From NCBI GenBank assembly GCA_965223325.1, contig CBDCWI010000002.1, positions 2,240,001 to 2,304,000 on the forward strand: a DNA stretch of 64,000 bases, given 5' to 3'. The stretch is from Candidatus Multivoradales bacterium. Its GTDB lineage: Bacteria; Acidobacteriota; Thermoanaerobaculia; Multivoradales; Multivoraceae. The notes under the pieces are model-generated. The model was not told where the DNA came from, made no database searches, and saw nothing but the letters and a program-made list of their open reading frames with translations. A program made the position numbers and the translations under genes. Within the stretch, counting starts at the first letter, position 1. Each line of letters begins with the position of its first letter. Positions 9,645-20,195 of this stretch are shown here, piece after piece.

Positions 9645-11669
9645 ATGAAGCGTCGGCTCTCTCGTACGGCCTGGTTGATCCTCGCCGGAAGCACTGTCGC
9701 CGCCCTCTTGGCAACCGCAACGGGGGTCGATTCTCTCGCGAGCTTCGGCACGTTTCTCCTCGCTGTCATCGGTGGCAGCGCCGTCGTTCTGGGAACCGGC
9801 GCCGTCCTGCAGTGGATCCTCTGGCGAGTCGGCAGGCGGCTGGCGTTTTCCTACCTGCTGCTCGGCATGCTGCCGCTCTTGCTCATCGGGGTGATGCTGG
9901 CGGTGACTGGCTACCTGCTCTCGGGTTTCTACCTCGGGCACCTGTTTCGCGGCGCGCTCGACGGGATCGAAAACGAGCTCGCCGTCGCGACCCAGGTGGT
10001 CGCAGAGCACGGCGACTCCCTTGGCCGCGCAACCGATGACTCGAGCCTCGGTGCCGAGGCCCGCTTGCCGATGCGCTTCGTCGAATACCAAAACGGCGTG
10101 CGGAAAGGCGACGACCCCGGCGCGCCCGAGCTCTGGCCCAGCTGGCTCCTCGACCAGCGACCGTTCGAGACGTCGGTCTTGGATGAGAGCGGCAATCACC
10201 ACTTACCGGCTCTGGTCGCGCTTTCGGCCGACGACGACCCCGTTCTGGCGGCCGCTGCAAGCTCCGGGGACCGCCAGGTTCTCGGCCTGCTCGACGCAGA
10301 CCTCGAAGTCGTGTTGCGTAGTCGCTCGGGGGTCTGGACGGAGCTCTTTACCGACCCCAAGCAAAACACCCGGCTGACCCGTCTCGATCTCTTCGGCGAG
10401 ACCTTCTACGTTCTGCCACGTGAACGCAGCACCGGCACCGAAGAGCAGTGGCAGTTCCTCGAGAGCCAGGGTGGCAGTAAGCCGTGGCTCATCGGCTTCG
10501 AACTCACTGGTCCGATCCGCGATCTCAGAACCGGTGAGTCGCTCGGCGCCAATGTTTCCGCCAGCCTCACCGCCGACCGCGGGGTGATCTATCGCAGCCT
10601 CTTCTCGCGCGCGCCCGAGCTCGACGCCTTCGGCTGGGTCGCCTTCCTGTTGCCGGCGTTTCTCCTGTTCGACCTCTACCTCCTGGCGGCGCTGATGGCG
10701 ATCTACATGATCATCACCCTCAGTCGCGCCGTGAACCACCTCAGCACCGCGACCCAGTCCGTCCAGTCGGGCGACTTCGGCACTCGCATCCCGGTGACTC
10801 GAAAAGATCAGCTCGGTGCACTGCAGACCAGTTTCAACGACATGACCGCCAATCTCGAACACCTGGTTTCGGCAGCCGCCGAGAAGGAAGTGCTCGAGCG
10901 TGAGCTCGGCATCGCCCAGGACGTTCAAGAGAGCCTCCTACCCTCCCAGGTGACCGCGAGCGAACGCTACGCCCTGGCGGCCCATTTCGAGCCCAGCGCC
11001 GCTATTGCCGGCGACTACTGGGACATCGTCGAGCTGCCGGCAGAAGAAGAAGGGGATCTTCCACGACTGGCCCTGGTGGTCGCCGACGTCGCCGGTCACG
11101 GCATCGCAGCCGGCTTGCGCATGGCGATGCTCAAAGCCGGCATGCAGACCCTGGTCCAGGAGGGAAAGCCGCCCGAAGAGATCATGAGTGCCCTCGACGA
11201 TCTCGTGCGTTCGAGCGCCGGCCCGCGATCTTTCGTCACCGCGACACTGGCGCTCCTCGACTTCGACACCGCCACGCTCACTCTCACCAACGCCGGCCAC
11301 CCGCCGACCTACCTGATTAGAAGCGGCGAGCCGCGCGAGATCCTGCTGCCCGGCACGCCGCTCGGCGCCTTTGGCCACGACTTTGGTCAGGACAGTATTG
11401 ATGTTCTGCCCGACGACATCATCGTCATGCTTTCCGACGGCATCATCGAAGCGACGAACGGCGACGACGAGGCATTCGGCTATGAGCGCGTCCTCGAATC
11501 ACTGCGGGCCAGTGCACCACCGGACCAGAGCGAAAGCGGGAACAAAGCGCACAGAAAAGATGAGTTCGTCGAGATCGTGCGCGACGGTCTACTTGGCGCC
11601 GTCCACCGGCACACCGGCAACCGACCACCTGAGGACGACCGCACGCTGGTCGTCTTGCGCCTACGCTAG
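9645..11669 (+). CDS. Membrane PP2C/SpoIIE (RsbU-like) phosphatase with HAMP domain
   Basis: Several TM helices, HAMP (V..L...T..V..GDF..RI.V...DQLG.L...FN.M), PP2C motifs GDYWD, DVAGHG, NAGHPP, SDGIIE, DDRT. Confidence 0.88.
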   Translation: MKRRLSRTAWLILAGSTVAALLATATGVDSLASFGTFLLAVIGGSAVVLGTGAVLQWILWRVGRRLAFSYLLLGMLPLLLIGVMLAVTGYLLSGFYLGHLFRGALDGIENELAVATQVVAEHGDSLGRATDDSSLGAEARLPMRFVEYQNGVRKGDDPGAPELWPSWLLDQRPFETSVLDESGNHHLPALVALSADDDPVLAAAASSGDRQVLGLLDADLEVVLRSRSGVWTELFTDPKQNTRLTRLDLFGETFYVLPRERSTGTEEQWQFLESQGGSKPWLIGFELTGPIRDLRTGESLGANVSASLTADRGVIYRSLFSRAPELDAFGWVAFLLPAFLLFDLYLLAALMAIYMIITLSRAVNHLSTATQSVQSGDFGTRIPVTRKDQLGALQTSFNDMTANLEHLVSAAAEKEVLERELGIAQDVQESLLPSQVTASERYALAAHFEPSAAIAGDYWDIVELPAEEEGDLPRLALVVADVAGHGIAAGLRMAMLKAGMQTLVQEGKPPEEIMSALDDLVRSSAGPRSFVTATLALLDFDTATLTLTNAGHPPTYLIRSGEPREILLPGTPLGAFGHDFGQDSIDVLPDDIIVMLSDGIIEATNGDDEAFGYERVLESLRASAPPDQSESGNKAHRKDEFVEIVRDGLLGAVHRHTGNRPPEDDRTLVVLRLR

Positions 11670-12430
11670 CCCGAGGAAGCGGGTGCGCCCACCGCCGGCT
11701 CGAAACCGAGGTAGCCGAGAATACGCGCGACGTAACCTTGCGTCTCTCGGTACGGTGGGATGCCGTCGTAGCGATCGACTGCACCCTCGCCGGCGTTGTA
11801 CCCGGCCAACACCAGCGGCAAGTCGCCGTCGAAACGACCGATGAGCCACTTGACGTAGCTGGCGCCCGCCTCGAGGTTACGCGCCGGCTCGAAGAGTTCA
11901 CTCTGGTCGACACCGAAGCGCGCCGCCGTTGCCGGCATCAACTGCATCAGCCCGCGCGCCCCTTTAACCGACACGGCCTCCTTGTCCCAGGCTGACTCCG
12001 CGCGAGTCATCGCGGCAATCAGCTCCGGGTTGAGGCCATGGCGCTTCGCGGTCTCGTAGATCAACTCGCCGTAGGGAACCGGAGGTACCGGATGTTCGTC
12101 CCGGAAGGCGAGGTCGAGCGAAAAGCTGCCCTGGACCTGCTCCGGGGGTCGTACGATCTCGTCGTCGACGATTCGCTCGATGCGCCCCAGCGGTAGCGTC
12201 AGGCGACCGCCACCGCGCAGATCGAGGCGCATGCGCTCGCCGTCGAGCGCAAAGGAGTCGATGTGCAAGACGTCGCCGGTCACCAAAACGGCGATCTCGG
12301 CCGACAGCGGTGCCATCGCCAACACGACGAGGGCAACCATGGCCGACACAGCCAACATGAGAAACGAACCACGGGACCGGGTGGCCGGGCGTGATCTACG
12401 GTAGGAGTTGACGTTCAAGGCGCGAGTCAC
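11666..12430 (-). CDS. Lytic transglycosylase (SLT domain), exported; start may lie further downstream
   Basis: AES catalytic Glu, AVS.KGARGLMQLMPATA, AGYNAGEGAV, PPYRETQ.YV. Confidence 0.88.
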   Translation of the reverse strand: MTRALNVNSYRRSRPATRSRGSFLMLAVSAMVALVVLAMAPLSAEIAVLVTGDVLHIDSFALDGERMRLDLRGGGRLTLPLGRIERIVDDEIVRPPEQVQGSFSLDLAFRDEHPVPPVPYGELIYETAKRHGLNPELIAAMTRAESAWDKEAVSVKGARGLMQLMPATAARFGVDQSELFEPARNLEAGASYVKWLIGRFDGDLPLVLAGYNAGEGAVDRYDGIPPYRETQGYVARILGYLGFEPAVGAPASSG

Positions 12431-12470
12431 TGGCGGATCTGCGAGGCCCCCCGCGAGGGATTGCCTACGA

Positions 12471-13340
12471 CTACTGTGTACGGGCGCCGATAGCCTGCCG
12501 TCTATATTCGGCCGGCGCCTCGAAATCGCCGGCGGAGAAGGTCGCCTCCTCGAACGACTCGACGAGGTCTTCGCTCTTGATCGAACCCTCGTCGTAGCGC
12601 CGGGTCATGACCGGGAAACCGCTGACCTCGTCGGTCGCCAGGGGCCCGAACGAGCCAGAATCGAAAAGTGACTCGGCCAGCCCTGCAAAGGGACCGCTGG
12701 CGCTGGCCTGGAACGCCTCCATCATCTGGCTTGCAAACTCGCGCATCTCCGCGAAGGCGGTGCGCAAATCGCCGCCGCGATCTATGGCGTCGAACTCCAC
12801 CGTGCAGGTTTCGGTGCGATCACCGTCCGAGGAGGTGATCTCAAAGAGCTGGCAATCGTAGCCGCCGAATTCGGCGGAACCCTTCCTGGCCACCGTGCGC
12901 TCGGCGCCGTCCTGCTGTACTCCCGCCTTCTCCATTTGCTTCTTGAGCATCTCTTCCATCATCGCGCGCTGACTCTCGGGCACATTGGCCAGTGCCGCCT
13001 CCATCTGCTTCATCGCGGCAGAGATCTGCCCAGTGAGCTCGGCAATCGACTCATCGTCGAGAACCATGACGGTTCGGTCCTGGTGGTCGATGACCAGCAT
13101 CTCGTCGGTGTCGCCGTAGAAGATGACGTCTCTGGTGCCCGAAGCATCTCCCAGCTTCATGCGCAGGCGCGTTCCCTCGATCATCATCTCTTGCGTGGTG
13201 ACCTCGGGTTCACTGCCGGAGCCATGCCAGGTACTTTTCATCTTGACGCGGGTTCCGGCACTCGCCGGTAACGCCAGAACGACCAGCAACACGAGGGCCA
13301 GGAGCGATACGGAAAGTCTGGGGAAAGTCGATGGGCGCAT
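12471..13340 (-). CDS. Exported protein, DUF4412-like
   Basis: Signal peptide MRPSTF...ALPASA, helical insert QMEAALANVPESQRAMMEEM, G..EFGGYDCQ.F, GFPV, C-terminal FEAPAEY. Confidence 0.65.
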   Translation of the reverse strand: MRPSTFPRLSVSLLALVLLVVLALPASAGTRVKMKSTWHGSGSEPEVTTQEMMIEGTRLRMKLGDASGTRDVIFYGDTDEMLVIDHQDRTVMVLDDESIAELTGQISAAMKQMEAALANVPESQRAMMEEMLKKQMEKAGVQQDGAERTVARKGSAEFGGYDCQLFEITSSDGDRTETCTVEFDAIDRGGDLRTAFAEMREFASQMMEAFQASASGPFAGLAESLFDSGSFGPLATDEVSGFPVMTRRYDEGSIKSEDLVESFEEATFSAGDFEAPAEYRRQAIGARTQ

Positions 13341-13475
13341 GAGCAGTACTCCAGCGATGTTGGTGGGAGGGAGAAGGTGCCCGAGCGGGCGAACTGGGGG
13401 GAGCGCACAGGTCCAGCAGGGGGCCGCTGGTCGCCTGGGTTGGCCACCTCTACGATAGCAAGGCGCCGACGGCAT

Positions 13476-14405
<930 letters not shown>

Positions 14406-14474
14406 GCGCAATAAGGATAGTCCGCAGAGCGAAACCGTACTGCTCGTCGCACCTGAAGCGCTAGCCTCGGACCG

Positions 14475-16403
14475 ATGGGGATCGACGCCACACCCTCCGA
14501 CCAACCGAGGCGCCCTACGACCGAGGCCGTCTTCGTTGGCCTCGCTCTCGTGGGCATGGTGCTTGGCCTCCTCGGAGATCACCTCGGCTTGCCTTGGCTG
14601 CGCTGGGCAGGCTACGGCACCTCCTACATTCTTGGGGGGTGGTTCGGGCTGCGCGCCGGCCTCTCTTCGCTCTTCTCGTTGCACGTCGACATCGACCTGT
14701 TGATGATTCTCGCTGCGCTCGGGGCGCTCATCATCGGTGCTCCCTTCGAAGGTGCGATGCTGCTCTTTCTGTTCTCGCTCTCGAACGTGCTCCAGGATCT
14801 TGCGATCGGAAAGTCGCGCTCTGCGATCCAGGCGCTCTTGAAGCTGCGGCCGGAGACGGCGCGAGTCCAAGTCGGCGGTACCTGGCAGGACACCCCGATC
14901 GCCGGCATCGAGAAGGGGGCGGTGTTTCTGGTCACCCCGGGCGACCGTCTACCCCTCGACGGTGACATCAGGCGCGGAACCAGCAAGGTAGATCAGGCGT
15001 CCCTCACCGGGGAGTCGGCCCCGGTTGCAAAGGCCGTCGGGGATCCGGTGTTCGCCGGCACCATCAACCTCGACGGCGCTCTCGAGGTCGAGGTGACGAA
15101 ACGAGCCGACGAGTCGGCACTGGCGCGCATGATCGACCTGGTTGAAGAGGCCCAGGGCGAGAAGGCCGCGACCCAACGCCTGATCGACCGCTTCGAACAA
15201 CCGTATGCTCTGGGGGTCATCGCCATGACGGCCCTCGCAATCACCGTTCCTGTTCTGTTTTGGGGAGAGGCTTTCAACGTCGCGTTCTATCGCGCCATGA
15301 CCCTGATGGTCGCGGCCAGCCCCTGCGCCCTGGTGATTTCAACTCCCGCAGCGGTTTTGAGTGCGATCGCGGCGGCAGCGGCGAGTGGCGTGCTCTGGAA
15401 GGGCGGCGTGCACGTCGAAGAGGCGGCCACAATCCAAGCGATCGCCTTCGACAAGACGGGAACGCTGACCGCTGGCCGCTCACAGCTGCAAGGCCTGGAA
15501 GCTCTGGCGGGCGCTTCCGAGGACGAGGTTCTCGGGTTGGCGGCGGCGGTTCAAGCGCGCAGCGAGCATCACCTCGCGCACGCCACCCTGGAGGCGGCCA
15601 GCGAGCGCGGTCTCGAAGTCGCCACCGCCACCGCATTCCACGCCGAGGTCGGCCGCGGAGTGCGCGCCCGGGTCGACGGCGCGACGGTTCACGTGGGCAA
15701 CCCGCGCTACTTTGCTGATCTCGCGACAGAAGGACTCGAAAGAGCCCAGCGACGGGTCGATGAGCTTCAACAGTCAGGCAAGACAGCCATCATGGTGGCG
15801 CGTGAGGACGACGCTACGGCCAAGGCGCCTGTCCTGGTCATCGGGGTCATGGCCTTCGCCGACACCTTGCGTCCCGAAGCGCCGGCGGTGATCTCTCGCC
15901 TACGGGAGATCGGAATCCAACACATCGTAATGTTGACCGGCGACAACGCGGGCGTCGGAGAAGCGATCGGCAACCAGGCCGGGGTCGACGAGGTCAGAGC
16001 CGAACTGATGCCGCAAGACAAGGTCACCCTGGTTCGCGATCTCGAACAGCGCTACGGCGCCGTCGCCATGGTGGGCGACGGGGTCAACGACGCACCGGCC
16101 CTGGCGACTGCGACCCTTGGGATCGCCATGGGCGGTGCCGGCACCGACGTCGCGCTCGAGACCGCCGACGTGGTCCTCATGTCTGACGACCTCCGCAAGA
16201 TCCCCTATGCCCTCAGCCTGGGACGCCGAGCTCGCCGGACGTTGATCGCTAACCTCTTGATTTCACTGGGGATGATCGTGGTCATGGTGACCTCGATCGT
16301 GACCGTCGGGCTGGCGTTGCCGCTGGCGGTCGTTGGCCATGAGGGCAGCACCGTCCTGGTGTCGCTGAACGGTCTGAGGCTCCTGGCCGCCCGTGACCGG
16401 TAG
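14475..16403 (+). CDS. Heavy-metal translocating P1B-type ATPase, P1B-4-like (Co/Zn/Fe)
   Basis: TGES, SPC in TM6 (ASPCALVIS), DKTGT, GDGVNDAP, HEGST in the last TM. No N-terminal metal-binding domain. Confidence 0.92.
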   Translation: MGIDATPSDQPRRPTTEAVFVGLALVGMVLGLLGDHLGLPWLRWAGYGTSYILGGWFGLRAGLSSLFSLHVDIDLLMILAALGALIIGAPFEGAMLLFLFSLSNVLQDLAIGKSRSAIQALLKLRPETARVQVGGTWQDTPIAGIEKGAVFLVTPGDRLPLDGDIRRGTSKVDQASLTGESAPVAKAVGDPVFAGTINLDGALEVEVTKRADESALARMIDLVEEAQGEKAATQRLIDRFEQPYALGVIAMTALAITVPVLFWGEAFNVAFYRAMTLMVAASPCALVISTPAAVLSAIAAAAASGVLWKGGVHVEEAATIQAIAFDKTGTLTAGRSQLQGLEALAGASEDEVLGLAAAVQARSEHHLAHATLEAASERGLEVATATAFHAEVGRGVRARVDGATVHVGNPRYFADLATEGLERAQRRVDELQQSGKTAIMVAREDDATAKAPVLVIGVMAFADTLRPEAPAVISRLREIGIQHIVMLTGDNAGVGEAIGNQAGVDEVRAELMPQDKVTLVRDLEQRYGAVAMVGDGVNDAPALATATLGIAMGGAGTDVALETADVVLMSDDLRKIPYALSLGRRARRTLIANLLISLGMIVVMVTSIVTVGLALPLAVVGHEGSTVLVSLNGLRLLAARDR

Positions 16404-16521
16404 GAGCCCGTGGTGCAACACAGCATATCCACATGTCTATTCGCGACCGCAACCGGGCGTGCGCTAGAGTCAGGGGTCCTCGCAGAGCCCTTTTTATGGA
16501 ATTGATTCCTGAGGTCCGTTG

Positions 16522-17304
16522 ATGCAACTCGCCCTGGTGAGCGCCAAGGGAGGCGTCGGAAAAACAACGACCGCCGTGAACCTGGCCGCCGCTCTCGCAG
16601 CCAAGGGTCGCCGATCTCTCGTCATCGATCTCGACCCACAGGGGTCGGCCTCGCTTCACCTGGGTGTCAAGCGCTCCGACTTCGCACCTTCGATCGCTGA
16701 TGTGCTGCTTGCTCGCCGCGAGATTCGCGATGTCATCCGTTCGACTGGCAACGAGATGCTCGACATCGCCACTTCCTCGGTCGACCTGCTCGACGCCGCC
16801 GAAGACGGCAAGAACTGGCGCCAACCCGACCGTCGCCTGTCGGTGGCCATCGAGGGTATTCGGTCGCTCTACGACTACATCATGATCGACTGCCCGTCGG
16901 GGTTCAACGCCCTGAGCCGCAACGCCATCGTCGCCGCGAGCCACTTCTTGATTCCGACCCCGCCGCAGTACCTGTGTTGGGAGGGCGTGCGAAACGTCAT
17001 CCAGCGCTGTCACCGCGTGGCGCACCGCTCCGGCCACCGCAACGAGCTGCTCGGGGTGCTCTTGTCGATGGTCGACGGCCGCGCTGGCTACCTGCGTGAC
17101 AACGCCGCCAACCTACGCCAGATTTTCGGCCAGGACCTGCTCGACAGCGAGGTGCGTACCAACGTCAAGCTCACCCAGGCAGCCGAGCTCGGGCGCCCTG
17201 TTCTAGCCACCGCTCCGTGGTCGACCGGCTCGCTCGCCTTCCGGGCGCTGGCCGAGGAAGTCGTTCTCCGCCAGGAAATGACCGAGGCCTACCCCGCCGC
17301 CTAG
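16522..17304 (+). CDS. ParA/Soj family ATPase (orphan, no parB adjacent)
   Basis: Deviant Walker A KGGVGKTT, IDLDPQGS, YDYIMIDCP, EVR.NVKL..A...G.P. Confidence 0.9.
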   Translation: MQLALVSAKGGVGKTTTAVNLAAALAAKGRRSLVIDLDPQGSASLHLGVKRSDFAPSIADVLLARREIRDVIRSTGNEMLDIATSSVDLLDAAEDGKNWRQPDRRLSVAIEGIRSLYDYIMIDCPSGFNALSRNAIVAASHFLIPTPPQYLCWEGVRNVIQRCHRVAHRSGHRNELLGVLLSMVDGRAGYLRDNAANLRQIFGQDLLDSEVRTNVKLTQAAELGRPVLATAPWSTGSLAFRALAEEVVLRQEMTEAYPAA

Positions 17305-17343
17305 CGGAGCCAGAGAGTGCCTGCCACGACTCGAGTCGAGTTC

Positions 17344-17368
17344 GGAGCCTCGAGAGGCCTTTTTGTTT
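17344..17368 (+). terminator. Possible intrinsic terminator after the parA-like gene
   Basis: GCCT-CGAG-AGGC hairpin followed by CTTTTTGTTT. The stem is short. Confidence 0.4.
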
Positions 17369-17600
17369 CGAATGAAGAAGGGTTGGCAGACGTACACCTG
17401 AGCCTATGGACGAGGCGCCGGAAACAGCGGTGAAACGAGGGCCTCATGCTATCGTCAGTTTCTATTATTTCTGCACCCTTCCACCCGTTTCGGCCTGCAG
17501 GTTCACCTCCATGCGACGCCGTTGTCGCCCTGCCGCATTCCACAACCTGGTCGAAGAAGAGCCGGCTGCGAGCCTGGCTGAACTCGAGGAGTAGTCGCTG

Positions 17601-18365
17601 ATGTTTCGTCGCTTGGGCAATCTAGTGAGGGGTTTCCTCGGTCTGTTCATTTCCGGTATCGAAAAGGCCAACCCGCGAGCGCTGATCGAGGCCGAGAAAG
17701 AGAATCTCCGTAAACAAATCGCCCGCTTCAACGACAGTCTGGCCCAGCACGCCGGCTTCGTCGAAAGCCTGATGCGCCAGATCAAGGCGCAGGAGAAAGC
17801 CGAGGCCGACCTCGCCGCCAAGACGGCCGCGCACTTGAAGCTCGGTCACCAGAAGGTCGCGGGTCAGTACGCCCTACGACTCAAGGACATCAAGGCGCAG
17901 CTCGAGGAGAACCGCAAACAGCTCGAGATGGCCGAACAGACCTACGAGAAGCTGATCAAGTCGCGCGACGTTTCGGTGCGCGACGCACAAGAGAAGATCG
18001 AGTCGCTCCGTCGCATGATCTCCGAGACCGAGATGCTCGAGGCGCAGGCCGAACTGCAGGAAATGGCGACCGGCATGATCACCTCGATCGGCGGTTCGGG
18101 CGACACCCTCAAGCGCGTCGAGGAATACCTGCACGAACGGCGCGACAAGGCTGCCGGGCGCGCCCGCGTCGCCTCCGATTCGGTCGACACCTCTGAGATC
18201 GACCTCATGGAGGCCGAGCAGGAGGCCCTGGGCGACCAGGCACTCGCCGAGTTCGCCGCCGCCTACGGCCTCGACGTGCCGGCACCCGAGGCCGCTGCAC
18301 CAGCGGAAGAGACATCGGCCGCCCCGGTGCGCGACATGGGCCCGACAGAAACAGAATCCAACTAA
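17601..18365 (+). CDS. PspA/IM30 (Vipp1, ESCRT-III superfamily) protein
   Basis: N-terminal amphipathic helix MFRRLGNLVRGFLGLFISGIE, then the NP kink, a long coiled-coil hairpin (LIEAEKENLRKQI...A..HLK.G....A..YA), TLKRVEE...ER...A.GRARVA and an acidic/Pro C-terminal extension. Confidence 0.85.
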   Translation: MFRRLGNLVRGFLGLFISGIEKANPRALIEAEKENLRKQIARFNDSLAQHAGFVESLMRQIKAQEKAEADLAAKTAAHLKLGHQKVAGQYALRLKDIKAQLEENRKQLEMAEQTYEKLIKSRDVSVRDAQEKIESLRRMISETEMLEAQAELQEMATGMITSIGGSGDTLKRVEEYLHERRDKAAGRARVASDSVDTSEIDLMEAEQEALGDQALAEFAAAYGLDVPAPEAAAPAEETSAAPVRDMGPTETESN

Positions 18366-18444
18366 GGATCGGCATTCCGGCCGACCATTCGGCTCGCTAC
18401 GAGTCAGCCTTAGATAGAACGCCAGAAAAACAGAGGACCCAGAC

Positions 18445-20166
18445 ATGTCGGACAACGTAGGACCTACCGTACTGGGGAAGATCGTCATCTTCCTCTTCGT
18501 TCTCGCGCTCCTCGCGGGCGCCGGCTACTTCTTCCGCGAGCAGATCTTCCCCTCAGGCCAGGAAACCGGCGACGTCGACCTCGACGAGTTCCGCGACCAG
18601 GCGGGGACCGTCGAAGCGCCCGACACGGCCGGCATCACGACGGTCAACGAGTACAGCTACGTGCCGTCTGAGAAGCTGCCGCCGGTCTCAGGCGTTTCCA
18701 ACTACAAGTGGGACGCCAACGAGAAGGTCGTCGAGTTTCCGATCAACGTGTGGATCGGCTGGCTCCCGATTGTCGCGGCCAATCACGGTTTCGCCGCCAA
18801 CGAAGACTCGATCTTCTACCGCGACTATGGCTTCAAGGTGAACCTTCGCCTGATCGACGACCCCGTCGTAGCACGCGACGCCTTCGCCGCCGGTGAGAGT
18901 CATGTGCTTTGGGGCACCCTCGACATGATGGTGCTGTTCGCGCCCGAGCTCATGAAGGACTCGCGCACCGCACCGCGCATCTTCCAGCAGATCGATTGGT
19001 CCAACGGCGGCGACGGCATCATCGTGCGCGGCGGCATCGACTCGGTCAAGGACCTCAGGGGCAAGACCGTGGTCTACGCCCAGAACAGCCCATCGCAGTA
19101 CTTCTTGAACAACCTGCTGCTCAACGCCGGCATCCAGCCGAGCGATGTCAAGCACCGCTACACCGGCGACGCCTTCCAGGCCGCGGCCGCCTTCGTTTCA
19201 GACAAGAGCATCGACGCCTGTGTGACCTGGGCTCCCGACATCTACAACATCCCCGATCGTGTCAAGGGAACGAAGATCCTCACGACAACCGTCGAGGCCA
19301 ACAAGCTCATCGCCGACGTCTGGGCGGCGCGTGCCGACTTCGCCAAGGACCACCCGGAGATCATTCAGGGTCTGGTCGACGGCATCTTCAAGGGCATGGA
19401 CCAACTCAAGTCGGACACCTTCAAGTCACAGGCCTTCGCCTGGATGGCCGACGGCTACGGCTTCGCGGTCGACGAGGTCGCTGCGATGGAGGCCGACGCC
19501 CACTCGACCAACTTCGCCGAGAACAAGAACTTCTTCCTCAACCAGAACAACCCCGCCAACTTCGAGCGTACCTGGAAGAACATCACCTTCGTCTACCGCG
19601 AGCTCGGTCTGCTTGGCACGCCCGTGCGTTTCGACGAGGTCATGGATTTCTCGGTGATCCAGAAGACCGACGCTTCGGGGATCTTCAAGAACCAGCGAGA
19701 CGAGTACCGCACCACCTTCGCGCCCACCTCGTACTCGCGGATCAACGCCGAAACCCCGATCCTCACCCAGACGATCCGGATCAACTTCTATCCCAACTCG
19801 GCGAACCTCTACGAACCCAGGCGCGACGAGCTCGGCAACCTGATTCAGGACTCACTCTACGATCCGAACGTCAACAGCACGATCGAGAAGGTCGGGCGGC
19901 TCGCCGGCCAGTATGAGCGCGCAGTGATCGCCGTGGTTGGGCACACCGATGCGTCAATGAAGGGGCGCGGAACGCCTGAAGAGGCTGTTCAGCGCCTATC
20001 GCTCGACCGCGCTCAGGCAGTGCGCGACGCGTTGATCAAGGAGTACAGCTTCGAGCCCGGCAAGTTCGTCGTTGAAGGCATGGGCTGGGACCAGCCCGTC
20101 TCTGGGGACAACCACGCCCTCAATCGCCGAGTTGAGATCTCGGTCTACCCACCCGAAGGTGGCTAG
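18445..20166 (+). CDS. Membrane-anchored ABC solute-binding protein (NMT1/SsuA-like PBP fold) fused to an OmpA-like peptidoglycan-binding domain
   Basis: N-terminal TM helix. SBP motifs INVWIGWLP, DWSNGGDGI, KDLRGK.V, DACVTWAP, IADV. C-terminal VVGHTD...LS..RA.AV...L...GMG.DQP...NRRVEI. Confidence 0.85.
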   Translation: MSDNVGPTVLGKIVIFLFVLALLAGAGYFFREQIFPSGQETGDVDLDEFRDQAGTVEAPDTAGITTVNEYSYVPSEKLPPVSGVSNYKWDANEKVVEFPINVWIGWLPIVAANHGFAANEDSIFYRDYGFKVNLRLIDDPVVARDAFAAGESHVLWGTLDMMVLFAPELMKDSRTAPRIFQQIDWSNGGDGIIVRGGIDSVKDLRGKTVVYAQNSPSQYFLNNLLLNAGIQPSDVKHRYTGDAFQAAAAFVSDKSIDACVTWAPDIYNIPDRVKGTKILTTTVEANKLIADVWAARADFAKDHPEIIQGLVDGIFKGMDQLKSDTFKSQAFAWMADGYGFAVDEVAAMEADAHSTNFAENKNFFLNQNNPANFERTWKNITFVYRELGLLGTPVRFDEVMDFSVIQKTDASGIFKNQRDEYRTTFAPTSYSRINAETPILTQTIRINFYPNSANLYEPRRDELGNLIQDSLYDPNVNSTIEKVGRLAGQYERAVIAVVGHTDASMKGRGTPEEAVQRLSLDRAQAVRDALIKEYSFEPGKFVVEGMGWDQPVSGDNHALNRRVEISVYPPEGG

Positions 20167-20195
20167 GCCATAGCCGACACGCCAGGAACCAAGAG

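Noticed and set aside
16472-16495. Hairpin plus T-tract between the P-type ATPase and parA
   Set aside because: The stem is short and bulged. It may be a weak terminator, but there is not enough evidence to call it or to suggest a riboswitch.
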